Source: a virus
Lineage: Duplodnaviria > Caudoviricetes
DNA length: 63,522 nt
Direction: 5' to 3' (one strand)
Virus record (IMG/VR): IMGVR_UViG_3300032234_000384
Span: 1-63,522 of that record
Under the pieces are notes generated by a model. That model saw nothing but the letters and a program-made list of their open reading frames with translations, made no database searches and was not told where the DNA came from. The translations under genes were made by a program, and so were the position numbers. Shown here in pieces: positions 42,281-52,022 of the stretch (the stretch's first letter is position 1; every line of letters starts with the position of its first letter).

Positions 42281-42942
42281 TACAATACTCCTTTAGTAGA
42301 TTCACGAATTGTATCAGTTCCAAAAGAACTAATCAAGCAATTCGTCAAGTTTTTTTTCAAATCTTCCAGACTTCCATCATTATCGATTGTGTGGTCAATA
42401 TTACCACCAATCCATTTCCATTCCGATTCGTGAACACCAGACTGCTCAAGCATAAATGCTTCTGCTTTATAATCTCCACGATTCGCTTTTAACGCAATAT
42501 CATACCAATGAGGTGTAATACCACGTTTAATTTCAATTAGTGTACCACCATTTTTATTAATGAAGTCGATCTCATTTTGAAATCTAACATCGGTGATAAC
42601 GTAATTCTGTTCAGGTGAGTTATCGATATAATTTTTAAGTTTGATTACCCAAAAATCTTTATGAAATACATCACGACCAACTTCTGTGCCCATTAATTGT
42701 AGAGCATAACGAGGTGTAAAATCTTTTCCGAATTCTTTGGACCAAAAGTTGTCAGGTTGCTCTCGCCAGTCACGTGAGTGTTGTGTATCACCCTCAAGTA
42801 AGTGACGAGGCCAACCGAACATTTCTGCTGTGACATCCTTAACTCCTTTTGCAAAAGAGATGGGTGTGAAACCCATATCTTTAAGAATGTCACCTGCTGT
42901 GCCTTTACCTGAACCAATAAATCCAAGTAAACCAACAATCAT
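42280..42942 (-). CDS. dNMP kinase (gp1-like)
   Basis: GFIGSGKGT, LQLMGTE.GR, ITDVRFQNE, HESE. Confidence 0.88.
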   Translation of the reverse strand: MIVGLLGFIGSGKGTAGDILKDMGFTPISFAKGVKDVTAEMFGWPRHLLEGDTQHSRDWREQPDNFWSKEFGKDFTPRYALQLMGTEVGRDVFHKDFWVIKLKNYIDNSPEQNYVITDVRFQNEIDFINKNGGTLIEIKRGITPHWYDIALKANRGDYKAEAFMLEQSGVHESEWKWIGGNIDHTIDNDGSLEDLKKNLTNCLISSFGTDTIRESTKGVL

Positions 42943-43739
42943 TACATTTCCCCAACGAAATTCGCAACGGCAGGCATATCGCCTTGGAAGTGATAAGTTC
43001 CAATGTGTGTAGTACGCATCCAAGGGCATAGCCAAATTTGACCACCCATGTTACGCCACCATTGACAGAACATATAATCTTCAGAAAGATAACGTTCAGA
43101 CTTTGGATCAATCACGGTGTCAAAGTATGCATGAATGTAGCGGGAGCCATCAAAGTGTGCTTGGCCAACGTGGTCTGGCTTGTACTTGAGATGTGGATAT
43201 TGTTCCGCAAACTTAGGGAACACTTCACGTTTAATCATCATAAAACCGGTACCGATTTCCATGACTTCAAGTGGTTCAGAAACAGAGAACTGTGCAGTAC
43301 CTTTAACTGGATTGAAAACATAATCACCAGTAACTTTCTCAAGATTATGCGGTTCAATGTCGGGATGCATCTGAACAGCTTTCTTTACGTTAGCCCACTT
43401 AATTGCTTTCTTAGGGTAAGGACCACCGATAACATCTTTATTGAGAGCCAACATCGCAATCACATCTTGTGGATTGAAATTGATATCGGAATCGATAAAC
43501 AACATATGTGTGCAGTCAGAACGGTGGAGGAATTCATCCACCAAATAGTTTCTTGCACGTGTAATCAAAGACTCATTAAACAAGAATGAGAATTTGACTT
43601 CGATTCCATATTGAATACACATACCTTGTAGATCAAGACATGCTTTCATATAGAGTCCATGGTTTTGCCCACCATACATCGGTGTGGCTACAAACAGTTT
43701 ATGTTTTCTTAATTCTTCTGTTTTGATTGAAATTTCCAT
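42942..43739 (-). CDS. GT-A fold glycosyltransferase-like protein
   Basis: ATPMYGG, ESLITRARN, FIDSDI, LSEDY.FC. Confidence 0.65.
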   Translation of the reverse strand: MEISIKTEELRKHKLFVATPMYGGQNHGLYMKACLDLQGMCIQYGIEVKFSFLFNESLITRARNYLVDEFLHRSDCTHMLFIDSDINFNPQDVIAMLALNKDVIGGPYPKKAIKWANVKKAVQMHPDIEPHNLEKVTGDYVFNPVKGTAQFSVSEPLEVMEIGTGFMMIKREVFPKFAEQYPHLKYKPDHVGQAHFDGSRYIHAYFDTVIDPKSERYLSEDYMFCQWWRNMGGQIWLCPWMRTTHIGTYHFQGDMPAVANFVGEM

Positions 43740-43806
43740 TTGCGCTCCAAAAATAAAAAAAAGGAGAGACCATTAGGAAATGGTACTCTCCTGTGTCAAA
43801 CCAAAA

Positions 43807-44079
43807 TTAAGCGGTTTGTGGACGAACGCCCATAGCACGGCATTGTGCTTTGAAAGACTTGGAAGGAGTTCCAAGACGATAAACAGCAACCTTAGAGCCA
43901 TCAGCACGTGACTTAATGTTTGTGTAGATAGCATAACCTTCATTACGCAACTCAGCAATACGAGCGGCAACGTTGGTGATACCAAAGCGTGAGCGAGCCT
44001 GTGCTACGCTGAATGTGTTGTAACCAGTCTTCTTGGTCAAGGTTTGCAACATTTTTTCCTTAGCGGATAATTTTTTCAT
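43807..44079 (-). CDS. Small winged-helix DNA-binding protein
   Basis: A..RFGITN.AARI.ELR.EGY.IY. Confidence 0.65.
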   Translation of the reverse strand: MKKLSAKEKMLQTLTKKTGYNTFSVAQARSRFGITNVAARIAELRNEGYAIYTNIKSRADGSKVAVYRLGTPSKSFKAQCRAMGVRPQTA

Positions 44080-44128
44080 AATAAACTCCATTTTAAAGTT
44101 AAGAACACTGCTCATATGAGCAAATCAC

Positions 44129-44157
44129 AGTATACAATTATGTAGGATAAAAGTCAA
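44129..44157 (-). promoter_or_regulatory. Sigma70-type promoter
   Basis: TTGACT-17-TATACT. Confidence 0.65.
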
Positions 44158-44271
44158 GTGTTTTAGTGGCACACTTGAGTATATGCCAAAATAATAGCAG
44201 ATTTGGATAAATAGGTGTGAGTCGCCGGACTGGCATCCGCACTCACTCTAATAAGAAAGTACCTTATCAGC

Positions 44272-44742
44272 ATGACTATTTATCACAAACATCATATAAT
44301 ACCCAAGCATATGGGTGGTACGGATGACTCATCAAACTTGGTGAAACTTACCGTAGAACAACATGCAGAGGCACATCGTTTATTATACGAACAATATGGA
44401 CATTGGCAAGATTATTCCGCTTGGATGGGGTTATCTAAACAAATGTCCATATCAGAAACAATTCGATATGTTCAACGAATGGCTATGTTGGGAAAGAAAG
44501 CGTGGAATAAAGGCATCCCAAACACAGACGAACAAAAACAAAAAATATCCGAAAAGTTATCGAAATCTTGGGAAATTGTTTATCCGGATGGTAAAATTAT
44601 ACAAATAAAAAATATGGATAAATTCTGTAGGGAAAATGGCTTATTTAAAAGCAATATGTATAAGGTAGCTTATGGACAACAAAAACACCACAGAGGTTTT
44701 ACTTGTAAAGAAGTTACCTACCGACTTGACCAAGGTACTTAG
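44272..44742 (+). CDS. HNH homing endonuclease with NUMOD3-like tail
   Basis: HKHHIIPKHMGGTDD..NL, WNKG, K.KIS; opposite strand to its neighbours. Confidence 0.8.
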   Translation: MTIYHKHHIIPKHMGGTDDSSNLVKLTVEQHAEAHRLLYEQYGHWQDYSAWMGLSKQMSISETIRYVQRMAMLGKKAWNKGIPNTDEQKQKISEKLSKSWEIVYPDGKIIQIKNMDKFCRENGLFKSNMYKVAYGQQKHHRGFTCKEVTYRLDQGT

Positions 44743-46069
44743 ATTTCGTTTCTTCCCAAGTCATGTAGACCAGGTCGTCATAGAAAAGAGTTTCGTATGA
44801 AACATTGTTCTTCTTTTGTAGTTGACGAATACGACCTTTGGCATACTTGGTCTTCCAAAGTTCCGAAAGTGCTTCTTCGGATGTATCGAAAGATTTAACG
44901 AGTTGGTCTTCCGTGATTTCTCCACGGAGAAACTCATTGGTATTATTGTAGAGTGGTGAGAAGTAGATACCACGTTGGTGTGCAGTACGTGTCAACTCTT
45001 TTGGAATACCAAGTTTCGGATACAAGAAGTGTAGCGAACGATTCTTGTGGTCACGTTTGAAAGGAAGACCTTTATCATTCTTAGCTTCCCACCATTCAAA
45101 ATACTTTTCTGTATGGTTCTCTTTCAGCCAAGCCCATAGCATATTCAGTGTCGATTTACGAGGCTCAAAAGCAACCGAACCAGATGAGAAACCCATTTTA
45201 TTCCAGTGTTCAAGACCATCGTACTGAGATAGACCACCAGATTTAGTATTTCCATAAAGAGAAGTAGTGGTAACACCAGCTAGAACGTCACCATACTTTT
45301 CTTTCCACAGACGTTGAACTGTATCAGACAGGCAAAGCAATGCAAGTAGTTTACCACCCATGTAATTGAAACCGAGTGGCTGAAGTGGAACAATAGATGA
45401 ACCGATTGCAGTATGGTTAATCATACCACCTTGTGTTTTCTTTTCACGTTCCCAACCAATGGCAGTATCACGTGGTGTCAAGTCCAAGAAATCGGAAGAA
45501 ATACAAATGACACCAAGATACTTACCAGTCACATCATCTTTCACAATAAAGTTAAGATTACGACCAATGTTTGAGTTGTTCTTCATCGTAGAGATAAAGG
45601 TACGTGTCGTGTTCCACAATATAGGAAGGTCTTTGGTACGCTTCTTGTCGCTTTTTATGGTCGTACCGTCAAGTCCTGTCGTGATTTTGTGTCCGGAGTC
45701 ATCGGTGAATTCCATAACTGGACGCAGGTCCATAAAGTCATCAGGTGATTTTGGTATCCAGATATTGCTCTTGGCAATGTCGATGTACTTACCCTGTTCT
45801 TCATCAACAAGAACCTTCTCATCACCCCAAAAGGTGTTATTGGTTTTTGTTGGGAACTTTTCCTGCACTTCACACCATTTTTGGTAGAGTGTATATTCTT
45901 TAACGTCCATGTTGGACGCATATGTCAAGTCTTCCGTCAGAACTTTCTTCAGTTCTTCGGTATCAATATGTTCAAACGAACTTTTAGGATTCTTTTCGGA
46001 CCATTCTTCCCATTGTTTCTGCACATGTGCAGGCCACTTTTCATTTTCAATATCAGAATCGTTTGACAT
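44714..46069 (-). CDS. DruA/DUF4338-like protein
   Basis: GRNL.F.V.D, LG.I, P.QPLGFNY.GGKLLA, TTTSLYG...SQY. Confidence 0.65.
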   Translation of the reverse strand: MSNDSDIENEKWPAHVQKQWEEWSEKNPKSSFEHIDTEELKKVLTEDLTYASNMDVKEYTLYQKWCEVQEKFPTKTNNTFWGDEKVLVDEEQGKYIDIAKSNIWIPKSPDDFMDLRPVMEFTDDSGHKITTGLDGTTIKSDKKRTKDLPILWNTTRTFISTMKNNSNIGRNLNFIVKDDVTGKYLGVICISSDFLDLTPRDTAIGWEREKKTQGGMINHTAIGSSIVPLQPLGFNYMGGKLLALLCLSDTVQRLWKEKYGDVLAGVTTTSLYGNTKSGGLSQYDGLEHWNKMGFSSGSVAFEPRKSTLNMLWAWLKENHTEKYFEWWEAKNDKGLPFKRDHKNRSLHFLYPKLGIPKELTRTAHQRGIYFSPLYNNTNEFLRGEITEDQLVKSFDTSEEALSELWKTKYAKGRIRQLQKKNNVSYETLFYDDLVYMTWEETKSKYLGQVGR

Positions 46070-46691
46070 TAAATTGTTCTTTCACCTTTTTAATCATTTG
46101 TTTCTGTAACTTACGTCTTTGGTCAGCAAGTTTGAAACGTTTCTTCTGTGCCAATTGCATAGCCAATGGCTTCACATGCATAGTATACACTATTCCGTTC
46201 ATGTGGTCAAGTTCATGTTGGAAACAACGAGCAGTTAATCCGGCAAACTTGGTTGTTTTGGTAGTACCCGTGAAATCTTGGTACTCAACTTCGATGGTAG
46301 CGGGACGCTCAATGTTCAGGAACAAATCCATATATGAAAGGCAACCTTCTTCCATTTTTGTTTTTTCTTCCGAAAAAGAAATAATTTTTGGATTGAAGAA
46401 CGCAACATATTCCTCACCTGAACCCATTACGAATACACGATAGTTGTATCCACATTGGTTGGCAGAAAGTCCAATACCATTATGCTTCTTGCAAGTCTCA
46501 ACTAAAGAACTTGCAAACTCTGATGGATTCACAGGAGGATTGGCAAAATCAAAATCTGGTAATCTAGACTTTAATGCAGGATGGGTTTCAGGTACAAGTG
46601 GAAAAATTTCAATCTGTTTTGAGATTGCAGGTAAGTCCTTTTTCCACGCATCGGTATCAAATACTAAAACATCATTTTTCATTTCATTCAT
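46053..46691 (-). CDS. def: Peptide deformylase
   Basis: GIGLSANQ, EGCLS, QHELDH. Confidence 0.93.
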   Translation of the reverse strand: MNEMKNDVLVFDTDAWKKDLPAISKQIEIFPLVPETHPALKSRLPDFDFANPPVNPSEFASSLVETCKKHNGIGLSANQCGYNYRVFVMGSGEEYVAFFNPKIISFSEEKTKMEEGCLSYMDLFLNIERPATIEVEYQDFTGTTKTTKFAGLTARCFQHELDHMNGIVYTMHVKPLAMQLAQKKRFKLADQRRKLQKQMIKKVKEQFNVKRF

Positions 46692-47146
46692 TTAGTCACC
46701 TCTTTTAAATATTTCTCAAACAAATCTTTTCTTTTTTCATATACACCCAAACCATTGTTACATGGAATACAAAGTATACCCCTATATTTACCTGTATTAT
46801 GGTCATGGTCCACTTGAGGTCTAGTCATATCACAATCACATATTTTACATTTATTATTTTGAATTTTCAATTCTTCAACATATTTTCCATAAGTCATATC
46901 AATGATTCCACGGGACTTCCATTGATTTTCAGCTAAAATTTCTTTATTTTCTTCTCTATATTTCTGATGCGTTTTTTTATACTTATTGTATTGGTCACTA
47001 TAGTGATTTGGATTTTTCTCTAATTGTTCCACTCTATATTGTTTACCATGTTCCCTTAATTTCTGTTTGTTCTTTTCCGCATACAATTTCATGTAGTTCG
47101 GATCGGACCTTTCAGGTAAGTCTGGATATTTCTTTTTTCTAGCCAT
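46688..47146 (-). CDS. Endonuclease VII-like homing endonuclease
   Basis: QNNKCKIC, VDHDH.TG..RG.LC..CN..LG. Confidence 0.8.
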   Translation of the reverse strand: MARKKKYPDLPERSDPNYMKLYAEKNKQKLREHGKQYRVEQLEKNPNHYSDQYNKYKKTHQKYREENKEILAENQWKSRGIIDMTYGKYVEELKIQNNKCKICDCDMTRPQVDHDHNTGKYRGILCIPCNNGLGVYEKRKDLFEKYLKEVTK

Positions 47147-47171
47147 AAGTATTCTCCTAAGTTATTTTTAG

Positions 47172-47179
47172 TATTTATA
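47172..47179 (-). promoter_or_regulatory. T4-type late promoter TATAAATA
   Basis: Exact consensus. Confidence 0.6.
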
Positions 47180-47197
47180 AAAATAACGAATTACAAC

Positions 47198-48913
47198 TTA
47201 TTTTTCTATCTGACTAAAGTTATTCTTTTTAGTGAAACGAATTATACTCCTGAACTTGTCAAAAAGTTGGTCACCTTTATGTGATATCACAAACACATTC
47301 GTACTATTATCTAGGCTGTTCAGAAGTTTCAAGAATTCTTCTGTACCAACACCGTCAAGAGAAGAATCAAATACTTCATCTAGAATCAACAGATTGGTAT
47401 TCACCGAGTTCTTCATCTTTGCAATCTGACGCCATGTAAACAATAGCGCCAAATCAATACGCATCTTCTCTCCCTCAGAGAAGGATGCATACGAGAATTC
47501 ATCACGATGCCTTGACTTGATAGTTTCTTCAAACGATTCATTCAAATTGAAGTTAACAAAGAAGTCCATTGAAGTGAGGTATTTGTTAATCAGTTTGTTC
47601 ATAACTGGCAAATACTGTTTGATAATCTTAGTTTTGATACCAGTATCTTTAAGAAGTGTTGCCGCAAATTCGTGATACTGTTTATCTAAAGAAAGATTTT
47701 CAGCAAGAGTTTCTGCTTCTTGGAGTTCAGCATTCAACACTCTCAACTTTTCATCATCATTTTCCGTTGAAACTGTACGTGTTCTAAGTTCATCAATCTC
47801 TTTCAGTAGCTTTGTATTGTACGTATTGATGCTTGTTACTTGTGTGTTCAACTTAACGATTTCGGAGTTATGTGCATTGATATGTTTTTGCACACCTTCA
47901 ATTTCATTCAAACGGTCATAAACATTTTGTAGTTCTTGCTCCAGCTTTGTCGTGGCGGTTGTTATTTCTGTAATCTTAAGTTGTTTGCTTGCTACTTGAC
48001 TTTCTTTTGTTTCGGATGCAATAGTTTGTTGGCATGTCGGACAGTTATCATTGTTCTCATAAAAAGAAATTTCTTTGTTTAACTTTCTAACATTGTCTTC
48101 GAACTTAGATTGTAGGGTTATCAGCTTTGTGCTTCTAGATGCTACAGTGGTTTTATCCGAAATTCTATCAGTCAACTGCTTGATATGTTTTTGTACCAAT
48201 ACAATATCTTTGGAAACCTTTTCCAGATATGTGTCGTTATCAGAAACTTCTTTGACCTTTTTGTTGATTTCAACAAGATGATTCTTTTTGTTTTCTTCCA
48301 GATTTTGCTTCTGTAGATTTATTTTTTCATTGGTCAACTTAATAGTGTAGTCAACCGTTTTTTGTTCATCTTTGATTGAAGTGATTCTATTCTTAACGAT
48401 TGAATTCATTGAAGAAAATATTTGAATGTCGAGGAGGTCTTCAATGATTGCTCTGCGGTCAGCAGGCGATAGTTGCATGAACGGAACAAAAGATGCGGAC
48501 CCAAGAATCACAACTTGCGTAAACGATTTATAATTGAGTTTAAGAATGAACTTTTCGAAGTGTTCTTGATAGTCTTTTGCCTTTGCGTCCTGATTAACCA
48601 GTACAGCGTCACAATAAATTTCAAACGCATTTGGTTTAATACTCCGAATGACTTTGTATTGTTTTTTACCAATCTTAAACTCAATCTCAACCACACAATC
48701 CGAATTGTTGATTGTGTTCATCAATTGTGGTTTATTGATTTTACGGAATGGCTTACCAAAAAGACCAAACGTGAGTGCATCCAAAATAGTGGACTTACCC
48801 GCACCGTTATGACCAACAATGAGTGTATTTGTTGACCGTGTTAGGTCAATTTCAGTGAATGCGTTTCCTGTTGAAAGAAAATTCTTCCAACGAACTTTTT
48901 CGAAAGTAATCAT
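47198..48913 (-). CDS. gp46: Recombination endonuclease subunit gp46 (Rad50/SbcC-like)
   Basis: GHNGAGKS, CPTC, FSEGE, LDEVFD. Confidence 0.95.
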   Translation of the reverse strand: MITFEKVRWKNFLSTGNAFTEIDLTRSTNTLIVGHNGAGKSTILDALTFGLFGKPFRKINKPQLMNTINNSDCVVEIEFKIGKKQYKVIRSIKPNAFEIYCDAVLVNQDAKAKDYQEHFEKFILKLNYKSFTQVVILGSASFVPFMQLSPADRRAIIEDLLDIQIFSSMNSIVKNRITSIKDEQKTVDYTIKLTNEKINLQKQNLEENKKNHLVEINKKVKEVSDNDTYLEKVSKDIVLVQKHIKQLTDRISDKTTVASRSTKLITLQSKFEDNVRKLNKEISFYENNDNCPTCQQTIASETKESQVASKQLKITEITTATTKLEQELQNVYDRLNEIEGVQKHINAHNSEIVKLNTQVTSINTYNTKLLKEIDELRTRTVSTENDDEKLRVLNAELQEAETLAENLSLDKQYHEFAATLLKDTGIKTKIIKQYLPVMNKLINKYLTSMDFFVNFNLNESFEETIKSRHRDEFSYASFSEGEKMRIDLALLFTWRQIAKMKNSVNTNLLILDEVFDSSLDGVGTEEFLKLLNSLDNSTNVFVISHKGDQLFDKFRSIIRFTKKNNFSQIEK

Positions 48914-49545
48914 TATCTAAACTTAGGTCCTACTGGCCAGATTGCTATTGATTCTCTAACACCAGAAATAACAGGTGCAACTCTATGTAATAGGAAAGAT
49001 GGGAAAAGTAAAACGTTACCTTTTTTAAGATTGGCATTCCATGGATATTGTTCCGAGAAATGGTTGATTTGAAACTCTCCACCTTCAAAGTCAACACCAG
49101 GTTCACCAAGCAGAAGAATTACCGTCATCTTTCGCAAATTTTCTAAAAGATTGTATTGTATAGTTTTTCCGTCCAATGGCAAGTCCATATGAAACTCATG
49201 TTTGCCACCTGGTTCATATTTTGCGTATTGTAGATAGTTGAAACCATACAAATCAAAATTATAATACTTGTCGTTATAGAATGCAATAAGATTGTTAAAC
49301 TTTTCCCACATCCATGCCAAATTGGGTTCTACACGGTCTAACAATACAACTTCAGCTTTTCTCTGTTGTGGTATAGAGTAGTCTTTATACTCACCACCAT
49401 TCACGGTTTTATAGTTATTGCGAAAATAATCTCTGATGAAATCACATTCACCCGGAGAAAACATCTCCGTGTCCACAACAAACCGTGGAATAAAAAACAT
49501 TTTTTCGGCTAACTCATCATTTACCATTTTTGTAGGTGAACTCAT
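48913..49545 (-). CDS. 2OG-Fe(II) oxygenase
   Basis: HMD, FEGG, FPSF..HRV.PV.SG.R.S. Confidence 0.85.
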   Translation of the reverse strand: MSSPTKMVNDELAEKMFFIPRFVVDTEMFSPGECDFIRDYFRNNYKTVNGGEYKDYSIPQQRKAEVVLLDRVEPNLAWMWEKFNNLIAFYNDKYYNFDLYGFNYLQYAKYEPGGKHEFHMDLPLDGKTIQYNLLENLRKMTVILLLGEPGVDFEGGEFQINHFSEQYPWNANLKKGNVLLFPSFLLHRVAPVISGVRESIAIWPVGPKFR

Positions 49546-50606
49546 TCTGAATCCTCATTCAATGCTTCAACATAAACCTCTTTCAAAAGATTCTTTATTT
49601 TATCTTTTTGTAGGTCAGTTGTCAAGTTATCAACATACTTATTTAAGATTGTTGTCGTATCTTCTGCTTGATCCACATCATCGTCCTGCATGTCTTCTTG
49701 TTCTGTGAAGTCCTCGGCAATGCTTAGGTCAATCGGTGAAATTTGATATAGTCTATTGATGAGTGTGTCGAACAAATATGGATTAGTTTTGTTTACAACC
49801 ACAACCTTCACGTAGCTAGACTTTAAGTGTGACAGGTCCATGGAAGTTATGGTCTTAATGTCATCCACTTTATCATCGTATATCAGTTTCTTAAAAATTT
49901 TATTTGGATTCTGTACGAATTCCAATTGATGTGTTTTCAAATCGAACAGGTGAAAACCTCTAGGGTCATCATAGTCTTGCCATGTCAACTCATATGGATT
50001 GCCAAGATAGTGAATATTTCCACGGCTAGACTTGTGGTGGTAATGTCCAGAAAACACCGTATCGAACTTATCGAACATCTTTGGTTCCAAACCTTCATGT
50101 GAAGGTGCACCACGATACATCTGGAAACCTTCAATTTCAAAGTGACCCATACAGATTGTTGCTTCTGTAAGTTTCAGAGTGGACATAGAATGTTCATAGT
50201 TCTCTGGACAAATCCACGGCATCATGCAAATTGAAGTGTCATCAATTCGTATTGTATCCGGATTCTTTATGATATTGATGTTATCGTATTCTTCCAGTAC
50301 CAGCTTTGGTGAATTAACTTCGTTTGTGTTTTTGTAGTAGGTGTCGTGGTTACCAACCAACATATGAACACGAATACCACGGTTTTGAAGTTTATCAAAG
50401 AACATCTTCTTCGCACGTTGAAGCGAATAGAAGTTTACATACTTACGCCTATCAAACGTGTCACCAAGAATAAGGAGAGTATTAATTCCGGCAGAATCAA
50501 TAGTAGGAAAAAATGTTTCATCATAAAATTTTTCATAAAAATCCAAAAAGTGTAGTGAATCATTTCTTGCACCAAAGTGTTGGTCAGTTATTATTGCGAC
50601 TTTCAA
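49542..50606 (-). CDS. gp47: Recombination endonuclease subunit gp47 (Mre11/SbcD-like)
   Basis: TDQHFG, GD.FD.R, GNHD, SGHYH. Confidence 0.95.
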   Translation of the reverse strand: MKVAIITDQHFGARNDSLHFLDFYEKFYDETFFPTIDSAGINTLLILGDTFDRRKYVNFYSLQRAKKMFFDKLQNRGIRVHMLVGNHDTYYKNTNEVNSPKLVLEEYDNINIIKNPDTIRIDDTSICMMPWICPENYEHSMSTLKLTEATICMGHFEIEGFQMYRGAPSHEGLEPKMFDKFDTVFSGHYHHKSSRGNIHYLGNPYELTWQDYDDPRGFHLFDLKTHQLEFVQNPNKIFKKLIYDDKVDDIKTITSMDLSHLKSSYVKVVVVNKTNPYLFDTLINRLYQISPIDLSIAEDFTEQEDMQDDDVDQAEDTTTILNKYVDNLTTDLQKDKIKNLLKEVYVEALNEDSE

Positions 50607-50988
50607 TTCGTTTCCTCAATTCGGTACTACTATACGTATGTGGACGGGAGTTGTAATAAAACTCCTTGTCTAGATGTTTGCCAGTAAAAGGTTTGATCCT
50701 ATACTCCTCACCCAGTATCCTAACATCATAGTTCACGGTTGTCAATAGGTTCAACAGGTCTTCTTCAGTGGAATACGGTATGATTTCATCTACGTACTTG
50801 CATCCTTTCAGTTGTACATACCGTTCGTAAACAGTTTGTACCGGTTTGTTTTTCTCCGGTCTGTCTATAGTTGGGTCTGTCTGTAGTCCTACAATCAAGT
50901 AGTCACATTGTGTCTTTGCTTCTTCAAGCATGAGAACGTGACCTGCATGGAACAAATCAAAGCATGAACATGTGAAACCGATTTTCAT
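50584..50988 (-). CDS. TagD-like cytidylyltransferase
   Basis: FDLFHAGH, KNKP, SST.LR. Confidence 0.85.
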   Translation of the reverse strand: MKIGFTCSCFDLFHAGHVLMLEEAKTQCDYLIVGLQTDPTIDRPEKNKPVQTVYERYVQLKGCKYVDEIIPYSTEEDLLNLLTTVNYDVRILGEEYRIKPFTGKHLDKEFYYNSRPHTYSSTELRKRIESRNNN

Positions 50989-50989
50989 A

Positions 50990-51553
50990 TTATTCTTCCA
51001 AAAACTTCTCGATACCTTTGTTCTTCTTTATTTCCTTTTTCTTCTTCTTTGTTTCTTCAAATGTTTCAATGAAATCGGAAATATTATCGTACAACTCGAA
51101 AGGTTTTGCTGGTGTATCATCGTATCCCATGAGTTCAGATTCATTGAAGATGCCGAACTGCTCAGTTGCTTTGTACTTTACATACAGTTGTTTCTTCTCT
51201 TTTTGAATTCTGCGGAGAAAAGCGTAGTAGATGATTTGTGTGAAGTATGCAAAAGGATTATTTGATTTCGAAACGTCAAAGTTCTCAAAGTACATCAGGC
51301 AGTTCTCAATGCCATCGGCAACCATTTCATCTCTGTACGTATAGTTGATGAAGTTAGGTTTGTGTGATAGACCTTCAGCAATCTTCATAAAGCATTCACC
51401 GATGTAATTGGGAATCTTTGGTTTTGGTTTGCCATTCTTTTTTGCTTCAGCTACTGCTGTTTGATACTCAATGAGTGCCTGACAAAAATCAGCGTTGTTG
51501 ATGTAATGCTTTTTTGGTTTTGACACCGGCATTGGTATTGTTTGTTCTTCCAT
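50990..51553 (-). CDS. gp55: Late sigma factor gp55
   Basis: HYINN, NF.NYTYR.EM..DG.E, NPFAYFTQI. Confidence 0.93.
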   Translation of the reverse strand: MEEQTIPMPVSKPKKHYINNADFCQALIEYQTAVAEAKKNGKPKPKIPNYIGECFMKIAEGLSHKPNFINYTYRDEMVADGIENCLMYFENFDVSKSNNPFAYFTQIIYYAFLRRIQKEKKQLYVKYKATEQFGIFNESELMGYDDTPAKPFELYDNISDFIETFEETKKKKKEIKKNKGIEKFLEE

Positions 51554-51629
51554 GATATATGTACCTTTTTAATGCTTGACTACCACTTGACAAAGGTCTA
51601 CACTCCAGTATGTAGCCTCTGCATGTTAA

Positions 51630-52022
51630 TTAATGAACTATGGATATATCTGGACCAACCTGATCCAGCATCATAGTCATCAAATCTTGACTCATTTCTT
51701 CTTCATTTGATTCGGACGATTCCTCCACCATAGACTTAGCTTTGTGGATAGAATTCACAGCATTCTCAAAGTACTCAGAGAATTCCGAAGTAGGGTCCAA
51801 AATAGTAACAATCTCATTCTCAGCAAGGAATGCCTCATTGTGCTTTAGAAGTGGTGCAGGCAACCAATGATCCATCATAACAATATCCTTACCTGTTTTA
51901 GGGTTAGTTTTAACCATAAAAACCATAGGTTCTCTTACAATAAAATTCAATTTATCTACTTGTTCTAGATATGTTATAATATCTTCACCTGATTTAAGAC
52001 GTAATACTTTTACTGCTTCCAT
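51630..52022 (-). CDS. Small Sm-like phage protein
   Basis: LRLKSGEDII; conserved position between uvsW and gp55. Confidence 0.6.
   Translation of the reverse strand: MEAVKVLRLKSGEDIITYLEQVDKLNFIVREPMVFMVKTNPKTGKDIVMMDHWLPAPLLKHNEAFLAENEIVTILDPTSEFSEYFENAVNSIHKAKSMVEESSESNEEEMSQDLMTMMLDQVGPDISIVH

Noticed and set aside
44205-44250. Hairpin upstream of the plus-strand HNH gene as an intron or ribozyme
   Set aside because: Only a short stem-loop after a TAAATA late promoter; no group I core and no interrupted host gene visible
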